A stretch of DNA of 64,000 bases from Octopus bimaculoides (taxonomy: Eukaryota). Of the stretch, positions 14,510 through 26,709 are shown in pieces; the stretch's first letter is position 1, and every line of letters begins with the position of its first letter. The notes under the pieces were generated by a model, which had not been told where the DNA came from, searched no databases, and worked only from the letters and a program-made list of their open reading frames with translations. Position numbers and translations under genes: made by a program. The DNA lies in the NCBI RefSeq assembly GCF_001194135.2, contig NC_068987.1, forward strand, positions 24,455,587 to 24,519,586, given 5' to 3'.

Positions 14510-14952
14510 TGGATTTTACCAGCTCAATTCCTTCAATTCAGATATATATATATATATAAAAGATTTAATACATTTTAATACATATATCCTACAATGAAAT
14601 GTTTTGTTATGGTTTGTGCATTATATTTCTAGCATAAAAAACTGTAATGTTAACCAGTGATATGTGAAAACATTTCTCAGTTATTTGCCCACAATTTCAA
14701 ATAAATCAACAGTATCTTTTCTCCTTTGTAGATATTTCTTACTTTTAACTTTTTCAGTTCAGTCACATGAAAATAGGAAGATGTCCTCAGACCCAACACC
14801 AAACCTGAATGCTAACAGTGGACTTCACTAAAGAGAACTTCACAGAACACAACAACCAAATTGTGATGTTAAGTCCAGTAACAAATTAAATCTTCCACTC
14901 ATATATAAATGTGATTCCAAATTGTTAAGTCACCACTTAATGAGAATTATTA

Positions 14953-16557
14953 TTATTCATTATCTGATTTCTTTTCTATGTGAGCAAGCTTGTGAGTATT
15001 TAGATAACCACTTTGAGAGAATGATTTACCACAAATATCACAGTGATATGGTTTCTCTCCTGTATGAATGCGTTTGTGAGTTGTTAAGTGACTATCTATG
15101 GAGAATGATTTACCACAAATATCACAGTGATATGGTCTCTCTCCTGTATGGATACGTTTGTGTTTAGTTAAACTACATGGTACAGAGAATGATTTGCCAC
15201 ATACATCACAAAGATATGGCTTCTCTCCTGTATGAATACGTTTGTGAGTTGTTAAGATATTTGTTTGAGAGAATGATTTACCACAGATATCACAGTTATA
15301 TGGTTTCTCTCCTGTATGAATATGTTTGTGGGTAGTTAAATAACCACTTTGAGAGAATGATTTACCACAGACATCACAGTGATATGGCTTCTCTCCTGTA
15401 TGAATACGTTTGTGAATAGTTAATTCCCCATTTCGAGAGAAAGATTTACCACAGAAATCACAGACATATGACTTCTCTCCAGTATGAAGGTCTCTGTTAA
15501 TAGTGTGATGATCTCTTCGAGAAAATGATTTACCAGAGATATCACAATATGTTTTCTCTCCTGTATGACAACGTTTATGAGTAGTTATTTCCCCATATCG
15601 AGAGAATTTTTTATCACAGATATCACAGTGATATGGCTTCACTCCTGTATGAATATGTTTATGAATAGTTAAAGAATCACTTCTAGCAAATGTTTTACCA
15701 CAGATATCACAGTGATATGGCTTCTCCCCTGTATGAATACGCTTATGAGTAGTTAATTTTCCATTTCTAGAAAATGATTTACCACAAATGTCACAATGAT
15801 ATGGTTTCTCTCCTGTATGAATATGTTTGTGAGTGGTTAAGTAACTGCTTTGGGAAAATGATTTATCACAGATATCACAGTGATACGGTTTCTCCCCTGT
15901 GTGAATACGTATGTGAGTAGTTAAGTGAACAGTTGTAGAAAAGGATTTTCCACAAGTATGACAGTGATATGGCTTCTCCCCTGTATGAATACGTTCATGA
16001 GTAGTTAAATCACCACTTCGAGAGAATGATTTATCACAGATATTACAGTGATATGGCTTCTCTCCTGTATGAATACGTCTGTGGGTAGTTAATTCGCTAC
16101 TGCGAGAGAATGATTTACCACAAGTATCACAGTGATATGGCTTCACTCCGGTATGAATACGTTTATGAGTAGTAAGGTAACTACTTTGAGAGAATGACTT
16201 ACCACAAATATCACAGTGATATGGTTTTACTCCTGTATGAATGCGTATGTGAATAGCTAGGTGAACTTTTGTAGAGAATGATTTACTACAGATATCACAG
16301 TTATATGGCCTCTCTCCTGTATGAATACGATGGTGTGTAGTTAAGGAACCCTTCTGAGAAAATGCTTTACCACAGAAATCACAGTGATATGGTTTCTCTC
16401 CAGTATGTGAATGCAAGTATTTAATTGGGTTACTTTTTTTAGATATATCACTGTGGTTTGACGGTTTTTCTATATGTTTTAATATCTCATCAGGAAAATC
16501 AATTGTTTTTGATTGTATTTCATATTCATCCTGATTCTCACATAATTCATTTTCCAT
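14953..16557 (-). CDS. G3: C2H2 zinc-finger protein, 16 canonical fingers plus 1 degenerate internal finger
   Basis: 543-aa ORF (to 16584). Preferred start MENELCENQ at 16557 by homology to G6 and G7. The internal finger CDISGK...INRDLH lacks one Cys and one His. Confidence 0.93.
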   Translation of the reverse strand: MENELCENQDEYEIQSKTIDFPDEILKHIEKPSNHSDISKKSNPIKYLHSHTGEKPYHCDFCGKAFSQKGSLTTHHRIHTGERPYNCDICSKSFSTKVHLAIHIRIHTGVKPYHCDICGKSFSQSSYLTTHKRIHTGVKPYHCDTCGKSFSRSSELTTHRRIHTGEKPYHCNICDKSFSRSGDLTTHERIHTGEKPYHCHTCGKSFSTTVHLTTHIRIHTGEKPYHCDICDKSFSQSSYLTTHKHIHTGEKPYHCDICGKSFSRNGKLTTHKRIHTGEKPYHCDICGKTFARSDSLTIHKHIHTGVKPYHCDICDKKFSRYGEITTHKRCHTGEKTYCDISGKSFSRRDHHTINRDLHTGEKSYVCDFCGKSFSRNGELTIHKRIHTGEKPYHCDVCGKSFSQSGYLTTHKHIHTGEKPYNCDICGKSFSQTNILTTHKRIHTGEKPYLCDVCGKSFSVPCSLTKHKRIHTGERPYHCDICGKSFSIDSHLTTHKRIHTGEKPYHCDICGKSFSQSGYLNTHKLAHIEKKSDNE

Positions 16558-17498
16558 AATTCTCTTTTTCACCACAATATACAAATATTTTTCTTGTGTT
16601 GAGTTTTATATTTTATTCTCACAAATATTTCTTTAGTTTCCATCAACTCTGTTCTTTGTTGAGATCTAAAGATTCTGCAAATTTTTACTTACAAGGAGAT
16701 TTATCACAAGGAAACATTTCTGAGAAAGTATTCCAAGATAGTTTATTACAAAAGAACTGTTATGTAATAAGAAATACGTATGGTAACGCTAAAATAGATC
16801 CATTTATCCAGACTTATTCATAAACGAAGTTTCTTTCAAGAAAAACCAGCTTTATCTTCTTAATAAATTTATCCAAGTTTAATTAAAGCTGTCTTGTACT
16901 TATTCCAGAGAGTGAAGTAGAGAAATGTAAATAATCTCATTTCAGATGAATTATTTCGCAGTAATTCAACCATAGATTTATATAAACAGGATTTTATCAG
17001 TTGTGTATAACATCTTTAAAAAGATGACGAACATTGAGTTATTTGCAGGTAATTATCTGTCATTATCATCTGAAATAATAAAAGAAACAATGTTAAAGAC
17101 AAACTTGAACAATAGAGACTGAAAAGAAAACCTCATTTATAAAAATTACGTTATACAGCTTTGTAAACTCCAGATTGTGTACCATATCTTAAACTACACA
17201 ATAGTAAGCCATAATTTTTTTCTTCTGCAAGCAATGTTATTTATTGTTGCTTAGTCCCAGGTCAGACATGATGAACAACATTACAACCATGACTATCCCG
17301 TCTTTTATTCAGACAATGTATCTAGGAAGCACCATTCTCCAATAAAGTTATTTGATAACAAGCTTATGAAAGTTAATGAACTTCTAGCGGCCGTTCTGTT
17401 TACATTCAGTACCACACCCGTCAACATCTATAATGACCAATGAAATTATATTTTTCATTGGTTAATTAATTGATCAAGTACATATTTATACCTCATCA

Positions 17499-17820
17499 GG
17501 ACAAGTGTCTTCTACTAAAGCCTCGGACCGACCAAAACTTTGTCAGTGGATTTGGTAGACGGAAAATGAAAGAAGGCCGTCGTACGTGTGTGTGTGTGTG
17601 TATGTGTGTGTGTTTGTATCTGCCTTTGTCTCCCCCGTCCCCGCTTGACAACGGGTGTTGGTGTGTTTACGTCCCCATAACCTAGCGGTTCAACAAAAAA
17701 AAAACGATAGAATAAGTACCGGTTTACAAACAACAAACACTGGGGTCGTTTCGTTCGCCTAAAATTCTTCAAGGCGGTGCCCCATAATGCCGCAGTCCAA
17801 TGACTGAAACAAGATTAAAA
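17499..17820 (+). mobile_element. SINE family A (CORE-type), 5'-truncated
   Basis: caagtgtcttctact...gtggatttggtagacggaaa...(TG)n...ggcggtgcccc...tgactgaaacaag, matching 51799-52190. Confidence 0.8.
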
Positions 17821-18309
17821 AAACAAACCTATCCAACTAATTCAATATAATACTTACATTTCAATGTAGACTGAATGGCTAAAAGGACAATTTCACCACA
17901 ATCTCCAACTCTTGAGTTTATTTGTGAGACAATGTAAAACGCAGAAACACCGATGATTTTTGTTAGAGGAAACTTTACACAAATAGTCTAACGTCTTATT
18001 GGAAATGCGTGTGTGTGTGTGTGTAAATGGTGTGTATATGTGTGTATTTAAATATATTTCATTACCGGAGAAATCGTCTTTTACGCTGGTGATATTTTTC
18101 CCGGCCAGGATGAAATCAACATGTCATACACAAGTAGAATCAATGTACAAGTTAGAAAGCTCCATCGATGGACAATAAAATAGGATTACAAAACAATGGC
18201 GACCGACAATTTTGTACATCCACTTCCTGATTCAGAACGAGGCTTATTTCATTCTTATCCGCTACTGAAAGAGAAGGGAGGAGAATGTCTTGAGTGAATA
18301 TTCTTTTCT

Positions 18310-18702
18310 ACTTTAGGCACAAGGCCCGAAATTTTGGGGAGTGGGCCAGTCGATTAGACCGACCGTAGTACTCAACTGGTTCTTAATTTATCGACCTCTG
18401 CGGAATTTGAACTCAGAACGTAAAGACAGACGAAATATCGCTAAGCATTTCACCCTGCGTGCTAACGTTTCTTATTTTTTTATTGGCCACAAGGGGCTAG
18501 AATAGAGGGGACAAATAAGGACAGACAAAGGGATTAAGTCGATTACATCGACCCCAGTGTGTAACTGGTATTTAATATATCGACCCCGAAAGGATGAAAA
18601 GCAAAGTCGACCTCGGCGGAATTTGAACTCAGAACATAACAGCAGACGAAATACCGCTAAGCATTTCGCCTGGCGTGCTAACTTTTCTACCAGCTCTCCG
18701 CC
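18310..18702 (-). mobile_element. Two tandem copies of tRNA-derived SINE family D
   Basis: Head ggcggagagctggtagaa...gagttcaaattcc, body gaggtcgactttgcttttcatcctttcggggtcgat; second partial copy at 18310-18470. Confidence 0.75.
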
Positions 18703-19028
18703 TCTTGAGTGAATATTGCGATACAAAAGGTGCTNNNNNNNNNNNNNNNNNNNNNNNNNNNNNNNNNNNNNNNNNNNNNNNNNNNNNNNNNNNNNNNNNN
18801 NNNNNNNNNNNNNNNNNNNNNNNNNNNNNNNNNNNNNNNNNNNNNNNNNNNNNNNNNNNNNNNNNNNNNNNNNNNNNNNNNNNNNNNNNNNNNNNNNNNN
18901 NNNNNNNNNNNNNNNNNNNNNNNNNNNNNNNNNNNNNNNNNNNNNNNNNNNNNNNNNNNNNNNNNNNNNNNNNNNNNNNNNNNNNNNNACACACACACAT
19001 ATATATATATATTAAAAGCAATTTAGTC

Positions 19029-19189
19029 TATGTCCAGTCGTAGAATGACCAATGGTTTCGTAATGACAAGGCTTTAGCCTCGTGGATGTCTCGTCAGACT
19101 CTAAAGCCGGCTTTAGAACCTGACGAGACGTCCACGAGGCTAAAGCCTTAGTGGATGCAAAACCATTGGTCACTCTACGACTGGACATA
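19029..19189. repeat. 161-bp near-perfect palindrome/hairpin flanked by TA (MITE-like)
   Basis: Arms tatgtccagtcgtagaatgaccaatgg...ctaaagc and gctttag...ccattggtcactctacgactggacata; centre at 19108/19109. Confidence 0.9.
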
Positions 19190-19216
19190 AACTCGATTAC
19201 TTTTAATACATTACTG

Positions 19217-19582
19217 TGGAGGCGCAATGGCTCAGTGCTTAGGGCAGCGGACTCGCGGTTTCGATCCCCAGACCGGGGGCGTTTTGAGTGCTTATTGAGC
19301 GAAAACACTTAAAGCTCCACGAAGCTCCAGTAGATGGTGGTGGCGAACCCTGCTGTGCTCTTTCACCACAACTTTCTCTCACTCTTCCTGTTTCTGTTGT
19401 ACCTGTATTTCAAAGGGGCACCCTTGTCACACTGTGCCACGCTCAATCTCGCCCGACAACTACGTTAAGGGTACACGTGTCTGTGGAATGCTCAATTACT
19501 TGCACGTTAATTTCACGAGCAGGCTGTTCCGTTGATTGGATCAAGTGGAACCTTCGTCGTCGTAACCGGCATAGTGCCGTAG
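19217..19582 (+). mobile_element. tRNA-derived SINE family C, full length, 13-bp TSD
   Basis: ggcgcaatggctcagtg...ggtttcgatcccc head; TSD taatacattactg at 19204-19216 and 19583-19595; second copy at 44364. Confidence 0.85.
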
Positions 19583-21347
19583 TAATACATTACTGCTCTA
19601 TGCTTTAGAGTGTACTTATTTACGGATACATGATACATTCACGTTCGCAATTGGTATTAATCCATATGTAAGATAACAGCACGGTTAAGTAACACGGTGT
19701 GCTCAAGAGGGCTAGCGAGTACGCAAAAAATAGCATAGCGATTGCCCTCGTTATTGAAAGTAAAAAAAAAAAGAGAAAAAAACCTATCCGGTTCCTGGGT
19801 GCTGTGAAAAAAGACGAAGCGAACTAAACAAGGGTTTTATCAAGAGTTATGTCCCTTGGCCACGAATTCCTGGAGATGCTTTTCATCTGCAAAACTTTCC
19901 AGACAATGTGTATAGACGTTATGGGATCGGTATGAAATATAATTCTTGATATAACGCTTGTTCAGTTCGTTTTGTTTCTCTCTATATATATATATATACA
20001 CACATACACATACATACATACATATATAGAAATACTATTATATCTAAATCTCTCAAAGAGAGACATTCAGTAACAGTTCTTTAAAGTAAGGGCTATTTTC
20101 CAACATAATGTCGCTGTCTTGAAAGGGACGATGTTACTGTTGTTTTAGCCCCAAGAAACATAGTTTCTAGTTGGCTATATGATACACTGTCCTAATATTT
20201 TTGAATATTTATGAAATTGACTTTCTATCTGTTTGTTTGTCTGTCAAGATAAAACTAGACAGCAAATCTGCAGTTGTCTCACCCTGGTTCAGATTCGAAA
20301 CTGAATCCTTCAATTCTCCTTGGGAATACGACCTATTCAAGCGGCAAAAGAAACCATGACAAATGAGTATTCCACCCAAAGTTGGAAATCGTGGGAATCG
20401 CATGACCGTGATATGTAGAACACATTATCGAAAGCGAAAATCACCAAAATGAAAAAATAAAAAAGTTACAGCGGTTTTAGCTGTGTCTAATCGCAATGTG
20501 CACCGTTTATATTTATCATTCTCTGTGTTCGAATATTACTTTCATTCAAACTGTACGCTAAAATATGACTTAACAAGAAGGATATTATGTATAAACACAG
20601 AAATGAAAGACCTACGGACAAAGTAACAAGATTGTTTCTAGTGTATAAAACTCTCTGGTTATTAGAGGCGAATTCTTTCGATACCATTATTGACACTTCC
20701 GGTATGTCAACCCCATTCATCGCCAAATCAATAAACATTGCATCTGTGTTATTTCTGTTAATTATTTTAAACTGTGTTAGTAATACCCAATCACGTCCTG
20801 AACTCGTTTATTAACCAGAAGAAAATAGAGATATTCTATAAGAAGTAGATAAAAGTTCTGCTCAATCTATCAATGTCCTCATCAATTTCAACTTCCACTA
20901 CTTTAGTACATCTCTCATTATCTCATCTTATAACTACATTGTTATGTAAGTATATATAATAATTTACACAAAGTCTCTCTTATGTTTACATTCCTACTTT
21001 ATCTACACTATTCCTGCTCCTTGCAAGATCTTGTTTTCTTTTATTTCTTTATTTCTTTTCTTCATTCTCTCTTCATTCATACTCTTGAGTTAAGATAGTT
21101 TCCAGGAAATATATTTGAATTTGTGTTTTTTCATCTGTTTTCTTCAACGTCGTTATTTACTCTGTGTTTACCTACTTTCGAAAAGAATACAATATACAAA
21201 AGCAAACAGGAAAAAAAAAAAAAAGAATTGCGAAAGAAGTGGGGGCTTCTGTTCCGCATTATAAGTAAAGTTACTTTGCACAAACTACTCTTATACAAGT
21301 AACGGCAAGGTGTGTATTATGTCTCATGCACATTCGTCCGTCTATAC

Positions 21348-21490
21348 GATCTGAGTTCAAAATCTGCCGAGGTCAACTTTACCTTTCATCCTTTCGAGAT
21401 AAAACACATACCAGTTACACACAGGGGTCGATGTAATCGACTTAACCTTCACCCCTGAAATTGCTGGTCTTGTGCCAAGATTTGAAACCA
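21348..21490 (+). mobile_element. SINE family D fragment
   Basis: ctgagttcaaaatctgccgaggtcaactttacctttcatcctttcg...ggggtcgatgtaatcgact. Confidence 0.7.
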
Positions 21491-21709
21491 TTATGTCTCA
21501 TGCACACGCACACATATAACAACAATCATCACATACACGCACATACATAATAGTCGGCGTGCAAGTGGTAGCAGCAGAATCCATCCATCATTACATACTT
21601 ATACGCACTGTACTGTACAGCCAGCAGCCGCTCGCTAGAGAGAATGGTTTGGAAGTATGTATGCTTTCGCTAGTTTTTTGACCTGCCACTTCCTTGGTAG
21701 CAGCATATT

Positions 21710-22860
21710 CGTTTGTTCATCCGTTAAATCTTACGAAGGGCTTGCAGATTTTTATTGTCTCAAATATGGTGATCATTTTTAGTGCCTGAATTAAGGAGTT
21801 ATTTTCTGACTCAAAGAATCCAAGTTTTGCTCCAGACAAGTTGGTATGTAACCTATTGCTCCAATAGTAGGTATGAAGCTAAAAATGTATCTTGAGTACT
21901 GGATTTGCAAACTTTTTGCCAGTGGTCAGTAGATATCGTCTTTCTCTTGTATTTTCCTGTCCACACTGGTGTCGCAGAGGGCAGCTGATCTCCACAAGAC
22001 AGTATATATTTTCCTCTTCATCCCACAAAATATCTGCCTAGTTGTGTTTTAACTTGGTGGTTGTTTTAATTTCAAATTCTGGCAATATTCTTTTGACCTA
22101 TCAGTCTCAATATAGTCAGCTTCATCTGTTGGTGTTTCCTTTTTTGTTCCAGATAGTTCTGGGCATTGCATCATACATTATGGGAAGATAGGTAGAAGGC
22201 ATTTTCTTGCAGTTGACAATAATATAGTTGATGTCTTCACTCTTGGTTTTGAATAGTCTATATTTGTTGTCTGTCAATGATTTCTGCCTTTTATGCTGCA
22301 GGTACTTGGTGGGGATCTCTTGTTCTTGAATTGCATAGAAGTAGCCTTCAAAGTGAGATGTCATAAACTTGGTACTCCATGCCAAACTTTTGATAGTGTC
22401 AGTTCCTTCTACAGTTTGTGTCTTTTGTGTCAAGTAATCACTATCTTCTCAGTGAACTGGTCTGTGTTTTTATTTTGTGTTGATAGATACATTTTTGGAT
22501 GCTCATTTGAGAGAGATCTGTATCAGCTCTTATTTCATACCTATCCTCATGTTCATTAGCTATTCTAATTATGTTTTGGCTTCATAGTTGGGGCAAGATA
22601 GTCACTGATTTCCTTTTTTTTGCTGCAGATGTTTCAGTGTCACAATACATGCTTCGTATGACATCAATACAGATTTAAGACCATGGCAATCATCATTGTG
22701 TGGGATGTATAACCTGTCTACGTTTCTATTGATGTTGAAGTTTCCTATAACACTGAGCAGCTTTTGTATTTCATTGACTCCTAGGGACCAGTTTAGCTGG
22801 CCAAATGTAAGCATGAGGACAGGCACTGCAAAAGTGTTGTGAGCACTTTGAGTCATCAAA
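21710..22860 (-). mobile_element. R4/Dong-like non-LTR retrotransposon, 3' half with restriction-like endonuclease (degenerate)
   Basis: HNTFAVPVLMLTFGQLNW...DRLYIP; FEGYFYAIQEQEIPTKY...YRLFKTKSEDINYIIVNC (decayed CCHC); LVEISCP.D...KIQEK..IY*PL...IPTIGAIG. Confidence 0.75.
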
Positions 22861-24674
22861 AAGTTCAGATGACCATATTTTTATGTATGTATATGTGTAT
22901 CTGTCTATAACTAAAAACTAGAAGCCCTTAATTATTATTCTACCATAATAAGACTCTCAATGAAGACAATCATGCAATATCAATATATGTAATAATACAA
23001 ACCCTTTAACAAGTTCATAGGAATGAAGGACAACTCAGAATAATGAGGCTCTAAGATATAAAAGATTCAGACAACAAGCATATCAAATATGTATTCTCAT
23101 CATCGGTGACCTAATGGATATCACTATGGTTTTGACACTATGGTTATGTGTACTTGTCTTGTGAAATTTGAGAAAATTGAGAATTATGAATTTGTCTTTT
23201 TTTTTCTACTATGTTGGGAACTCAGGTGTCAGCTGACTTTATGTCCTCTTCTAAAAATGTTTTAGAGTGTTTGTGAGGTTGACATGCTAGAGTAGCCAAA
23301 CTCCCCAGTGAATCCTTGTCTGATATTTTTATTTTATAAATTTACAGCAGCCATTTGTACATCAAATAGAAATCCAGTGATATTCTTCATGGTTCATCAT
23401 ATTTCCAGTGATAGGATGTGTTTGTGTACTCAACTTCTAAATGTAACTTACAACAAGTTTAGAAACTTATGTTCATGCTGAAATGTTAAGTAGAAGTGAT
23501 GTCGACTCAAACTTGAATCCAACTGTAACCAACAATGTTTCTGATTCTGAAGCCAAACTTTTGCAACTCCTTAAACCTATGAAGTTGAAAATTACTTCAG
23601 AATCAGTCTAGTTGTAATAGAATGTGATAATTCTGGTTTATTGTGCAAGGCTCGACTAATGCATGAATATAGACCTGACCTGCTTCTCACCTTTGGTTTG
23701 GTTGAAAATTCAGATGAATTCAGACATTGGCAAAGTTCACATCTGATATTGATGTTCTCAGGAAGCATTTCTGATGGCTCCAAAATACAAGAATAGTAGG
23801 AAAATAAATGTTTTCATTCAGTATGAAATAATGACAAAAGCACAAGAATAAATCAAGATTGCTAAGCATAATTTTAACAAGAATTTCAAACTACAATCTA
23901 TAATTGAAGAAATTGAGAAGAGTAATATATATTGTTTTTACTATAACATTCTGTTTATATATATTATACATTATAATATATTGTAATTAGCTTTAATTTA
24001 ACGTAAACATTAAAATGTTAAAGCAAATTATCTGTTAAAAAACATTTATTTTTCACTGTGTCCATCTGATGTCACTTTTGATTTATAATTTTGAAAGTGA
24101 TACCCCTCTTTGTAAGTTATACTTTTTTAAAAAAGACTCTATATTTAGTATTTTGTAGTTGCAGCATCTTTCATGTGGCTTTTTCAGAATGGAGATAGTA
24201 TTTGTGGTTTAGTCTCTGCTGGACTTAGTCAGTATATGTCAGTTTTAATAGATGATAAATCTGATGTCATATTTCACAGTGATTATAGTAGGTATCTATA
24301 TACAGCTGTGAATGTCACTATACAAGGTCATGATATTCTATGTAATTGGTCATGTATAAAAATTGAAGCAGTTTTTGAGAAGTGATTGGAAGAGATCAAT
24401 TGACTTGTTTTTTAATGTTTCAGTGGTTTAAGAAGCTACTGATAAAAAGAGGGAATTACAATTGTCAGCATTCCAAACTACAATAAAGTTGGCAGTTATC
24501 TTAATAAGTGGTAACAGATTACCTGGTTGTTACTTTGGTTGAAAGTCATATATGTGTTAATATAAGCCAATAATGTTTTATCTCCTGGAATCAATTGAAA
24601 TATATCTGAAGAGAAAGACAACCAAAGTTTGGGCCAAATGAAGTAATCCATTTTGTATTTATTATGCTGTAGAT

Positions 24675-24825
24675 ACTATGGAAGACATGGGGAGAAGCAG
24701 TGTTGACCGATTTCAGGAGATTGAACCTCAAAGAAATGAGAAAAAAATAAAAAAGTGGCGAGACATTATGCTGCAGAAGACCCTTCCAAACTATGTAAGC
24801 ATGGAGAAATGGATATAAAATGGTA
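24675..24825 (+). mobile_element. RTE 3' end remnant
   Basis: KTWGEAV..DFRRLNLKEM-like coding end followed by a ccaaactatgtaagcatggag tail variant. Confidence 0.5.
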
Positions 24826-25545
24826 AGTGTTTTTGTTTGCCTGGGTCAGATGGAATATGTAATAATTTTAAAATGTTCTACAAATGTCCTTTTGGGCTTC
24901 AAATAGTACCCGTTGGTCACATTTCAGTTTGTTCATTTTAAGATCTGTTTGGAATGAACACACACAATTCTCACAGCCTTTATCACTACATCTCTACATC
25001 AGAGTATCTTTTCCTTGTAAATATTTTCTGACTCTTTCTTACTATTCTAACTTTTAATACCTGCGGTCAAGTATTTTCTCCAGTAATCTTCATATTAACG
25101 CTTCATTGTCCCTTATTTCTTACATTGTCTTTTTATTTCAGGTTATCTGATAACATTGAATTAAAAATATTTTATTGAAGATTATCAACATATTTATCAA
25201 CTTTTGTAAACTGAAAATAACTTCATAAAGCCAGCAATCTGTTTCTACAACTTTGATTTAGTAGATGTGAAATATTTGTTTGGAATTGAGATCATGAGAA
25301 ATTTCTCATTATATTTACTGGAAATTTTTTTCTACAGATTGTAAACTTAAATTTGCCATGAAATTTTAATTTCATATATATTAAAACTCTGATATTTGGG
25401 TATATCTTTATTAATTGGAGATAGTTTCATGACACTTTTGTTGATGGGTATTAATTACAAGATTACATCCTAATAAATCTACTTGAAGTTATTTTTGTTT
25501 TTGCAGTTAAGACATCATCACACAGATAAATTAAAAAAGAAAATT

Positions 25546-26709
25546 ATGGATGAAAAAGCAGAGCCTGAGACTATTGAATCCTGTACTCAGACACCAGAAG
25601 ATATAGAAGAGGATTCATTCACTTGCGATATATGTGGGAAGTTATTCACATCAAGAAAAAATTCAATACAGCATAAGTTAATCCACTCAGACTCCAAATC
25701 ATACCAATGTGATGTTTGTGGTAAAAAATTTACTATGAGTAGTTTAACTCGCCACAAACGTATTCACACTAGGAAAAAACAGAATCACTGTGATATCTGT
25801 GGTGAAAACTTTTTCACAAATGCTAGTTTATCTTCACACAAGCGTATTCACACAGGAGAGAAACCATACCACTGTGAAATCTGTGACAAATATTTCTCTC
25901 GGAAAGGTAATTTATCTACACACAAACTTATTCATGCAGAAGAGAAACCATACCATTGTAATGTCTGTAGTAAATCATTCTTCAATAGTCGTAGCTTAAT
26001 TGCCCACAAACGTGTTCACACAGGAGAGAAACCATACCACTGTGACAGCTGTGATAAAAAATTTCCAACAAGAGGCCATTTGTCTTACCATATACGTAGT
26101 CACACAGGAGAAAGACCCTACCGTTGTGATATCTGTGGTAAAACATTTCCTGTAAGTGGTTCTTTGTCTTACCACAAATATATTCACACAGGAGAAAGAC
26201 CACATCATTGTGATATCTGTGGTGAAAAATTCACCAGAAAAAGTTCATTAAATCGCCACAAACACATTCACACAGGAGTAAGACCTTATAAATGTGAAAC
26301 CTGTGGTAAAGCATTTTCTAGAAATTCTGATTTATCATGCCACAAACTTGTTCACACAGGAAAGAAACCATACCACTGTGATATCTGTGGCAAAAAGTTT
26401 TCTCAAAATAGTAATTTAACTTCCCACAAACGTATCCACACAGGAGAAGAACCATATCAGTGTGACAAATGTGATGAAACATTTTCTAGTAGTGATGATT
26501 TATCTTCCCACAAACATTTCCACAAGAAAGAAAGACCATACCAGTGTGATATCTGTGGTGAAAGATTTTCTAAGTGTACTGAATTGTCTTCCCACAAACA
26601 TATTCATTCAGGAGAAAGACCGTACCACTGTGATATTTGTGGTAAAACATTTTCTAAAAGGTGTCATTTGTCTTCCCACATACGTGTTCACACAGAAGAA
26701 AAGCTATAA
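25546..26709 (+). CDS. G4: C2H2 zinc-finger protein, 13 fingers
   Basis: The ORF track starts at TTG 25483; first ATG (MDEKAE) is at 25546. Finger 2 has x11 spacing. LSSH-type helices. Confidence 0.93.
   Translation: MDEKAEPETIESCTQTPEDIEEDSFTCDICGKLFTSRKNSIQHKLIHSDSKSYQCDVCGKKFTMSSLTRHKRIHTRKKQNHCDICGENFFTNASLSSHKRIHTGEKPYHCEICDKYFSRKGNLSTHKLIHAEEKPYHCNVCSKSFFNSRSLIAHKRVHTGEKPYHCDSCDKKFPTRGHLSYHIRSHTGERPYRCDICGKTFPVSGSLSYHKYIHTGERPHHCDICGEKFTRKSSLNRHKHIHTGVRPYKCETCGKAFSRNSDLSCHKLVHTGKKPYHCDICGKKFSQNSNLTSHKRIHTGEEPYQCDKCDETFSSSDDLSSHKHFHKKERPYQCDICGERFSKCTELSSHKHIHSGERPYHCDICGKTFSKRCHLSSHIRVHTEEKL

Larger units (their letters stand above)
10735..14535 (-). mobile_element. Penelope-like element (Poseidon-like), degenerate RT plus GIY-YIG endonuclease, with partially inverted terminal repeats
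   Basis: FNVQTRVPKLFFALLKKHFPK...KIFNPQSVKFSYS; CSCRCPTSCPLD...VYKCMV...YVYIDSCSTNLKVRVGNHYSSF...LSRLIHSLK; KWSIITLAKPY. 10960-11110 is the reverse complement of 14376-14533, and 10735-10890 directly repeats 14235-14375. Confidence 0.8.

Noticed and set aside
14953-16400. Regular 84-bp periodicity resembling a CRISPR or satellite array
   Set aside because: It is the coding C2H2 finger repeat in an animal genome; no spacers or cas genes
18190-18235. YY1-like (aacaatggcgac) and Ets-like (acttcctg) motifs as a defined G3 promoter; similar caggaagtgg at 41525
   Set aside because: Short motifs occur by chance; no TSS data, so not called as features
18310-18702. Naming SINE families (OK/OR1/OR2, Nin-domain)
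   Set aside because: Resemblance recalled from memory only; needs a Dfam/Repbase/SINEBase comparison, so neutral labels A-D are used
25483-25545. N-terminal extensions from TTG/GTG or upstream ATG starts (G3, G4, G5, G6)
   Set aside because: Paralog alignment places the conserved Met downstream; non-ATG starts come from the ORF-track settings
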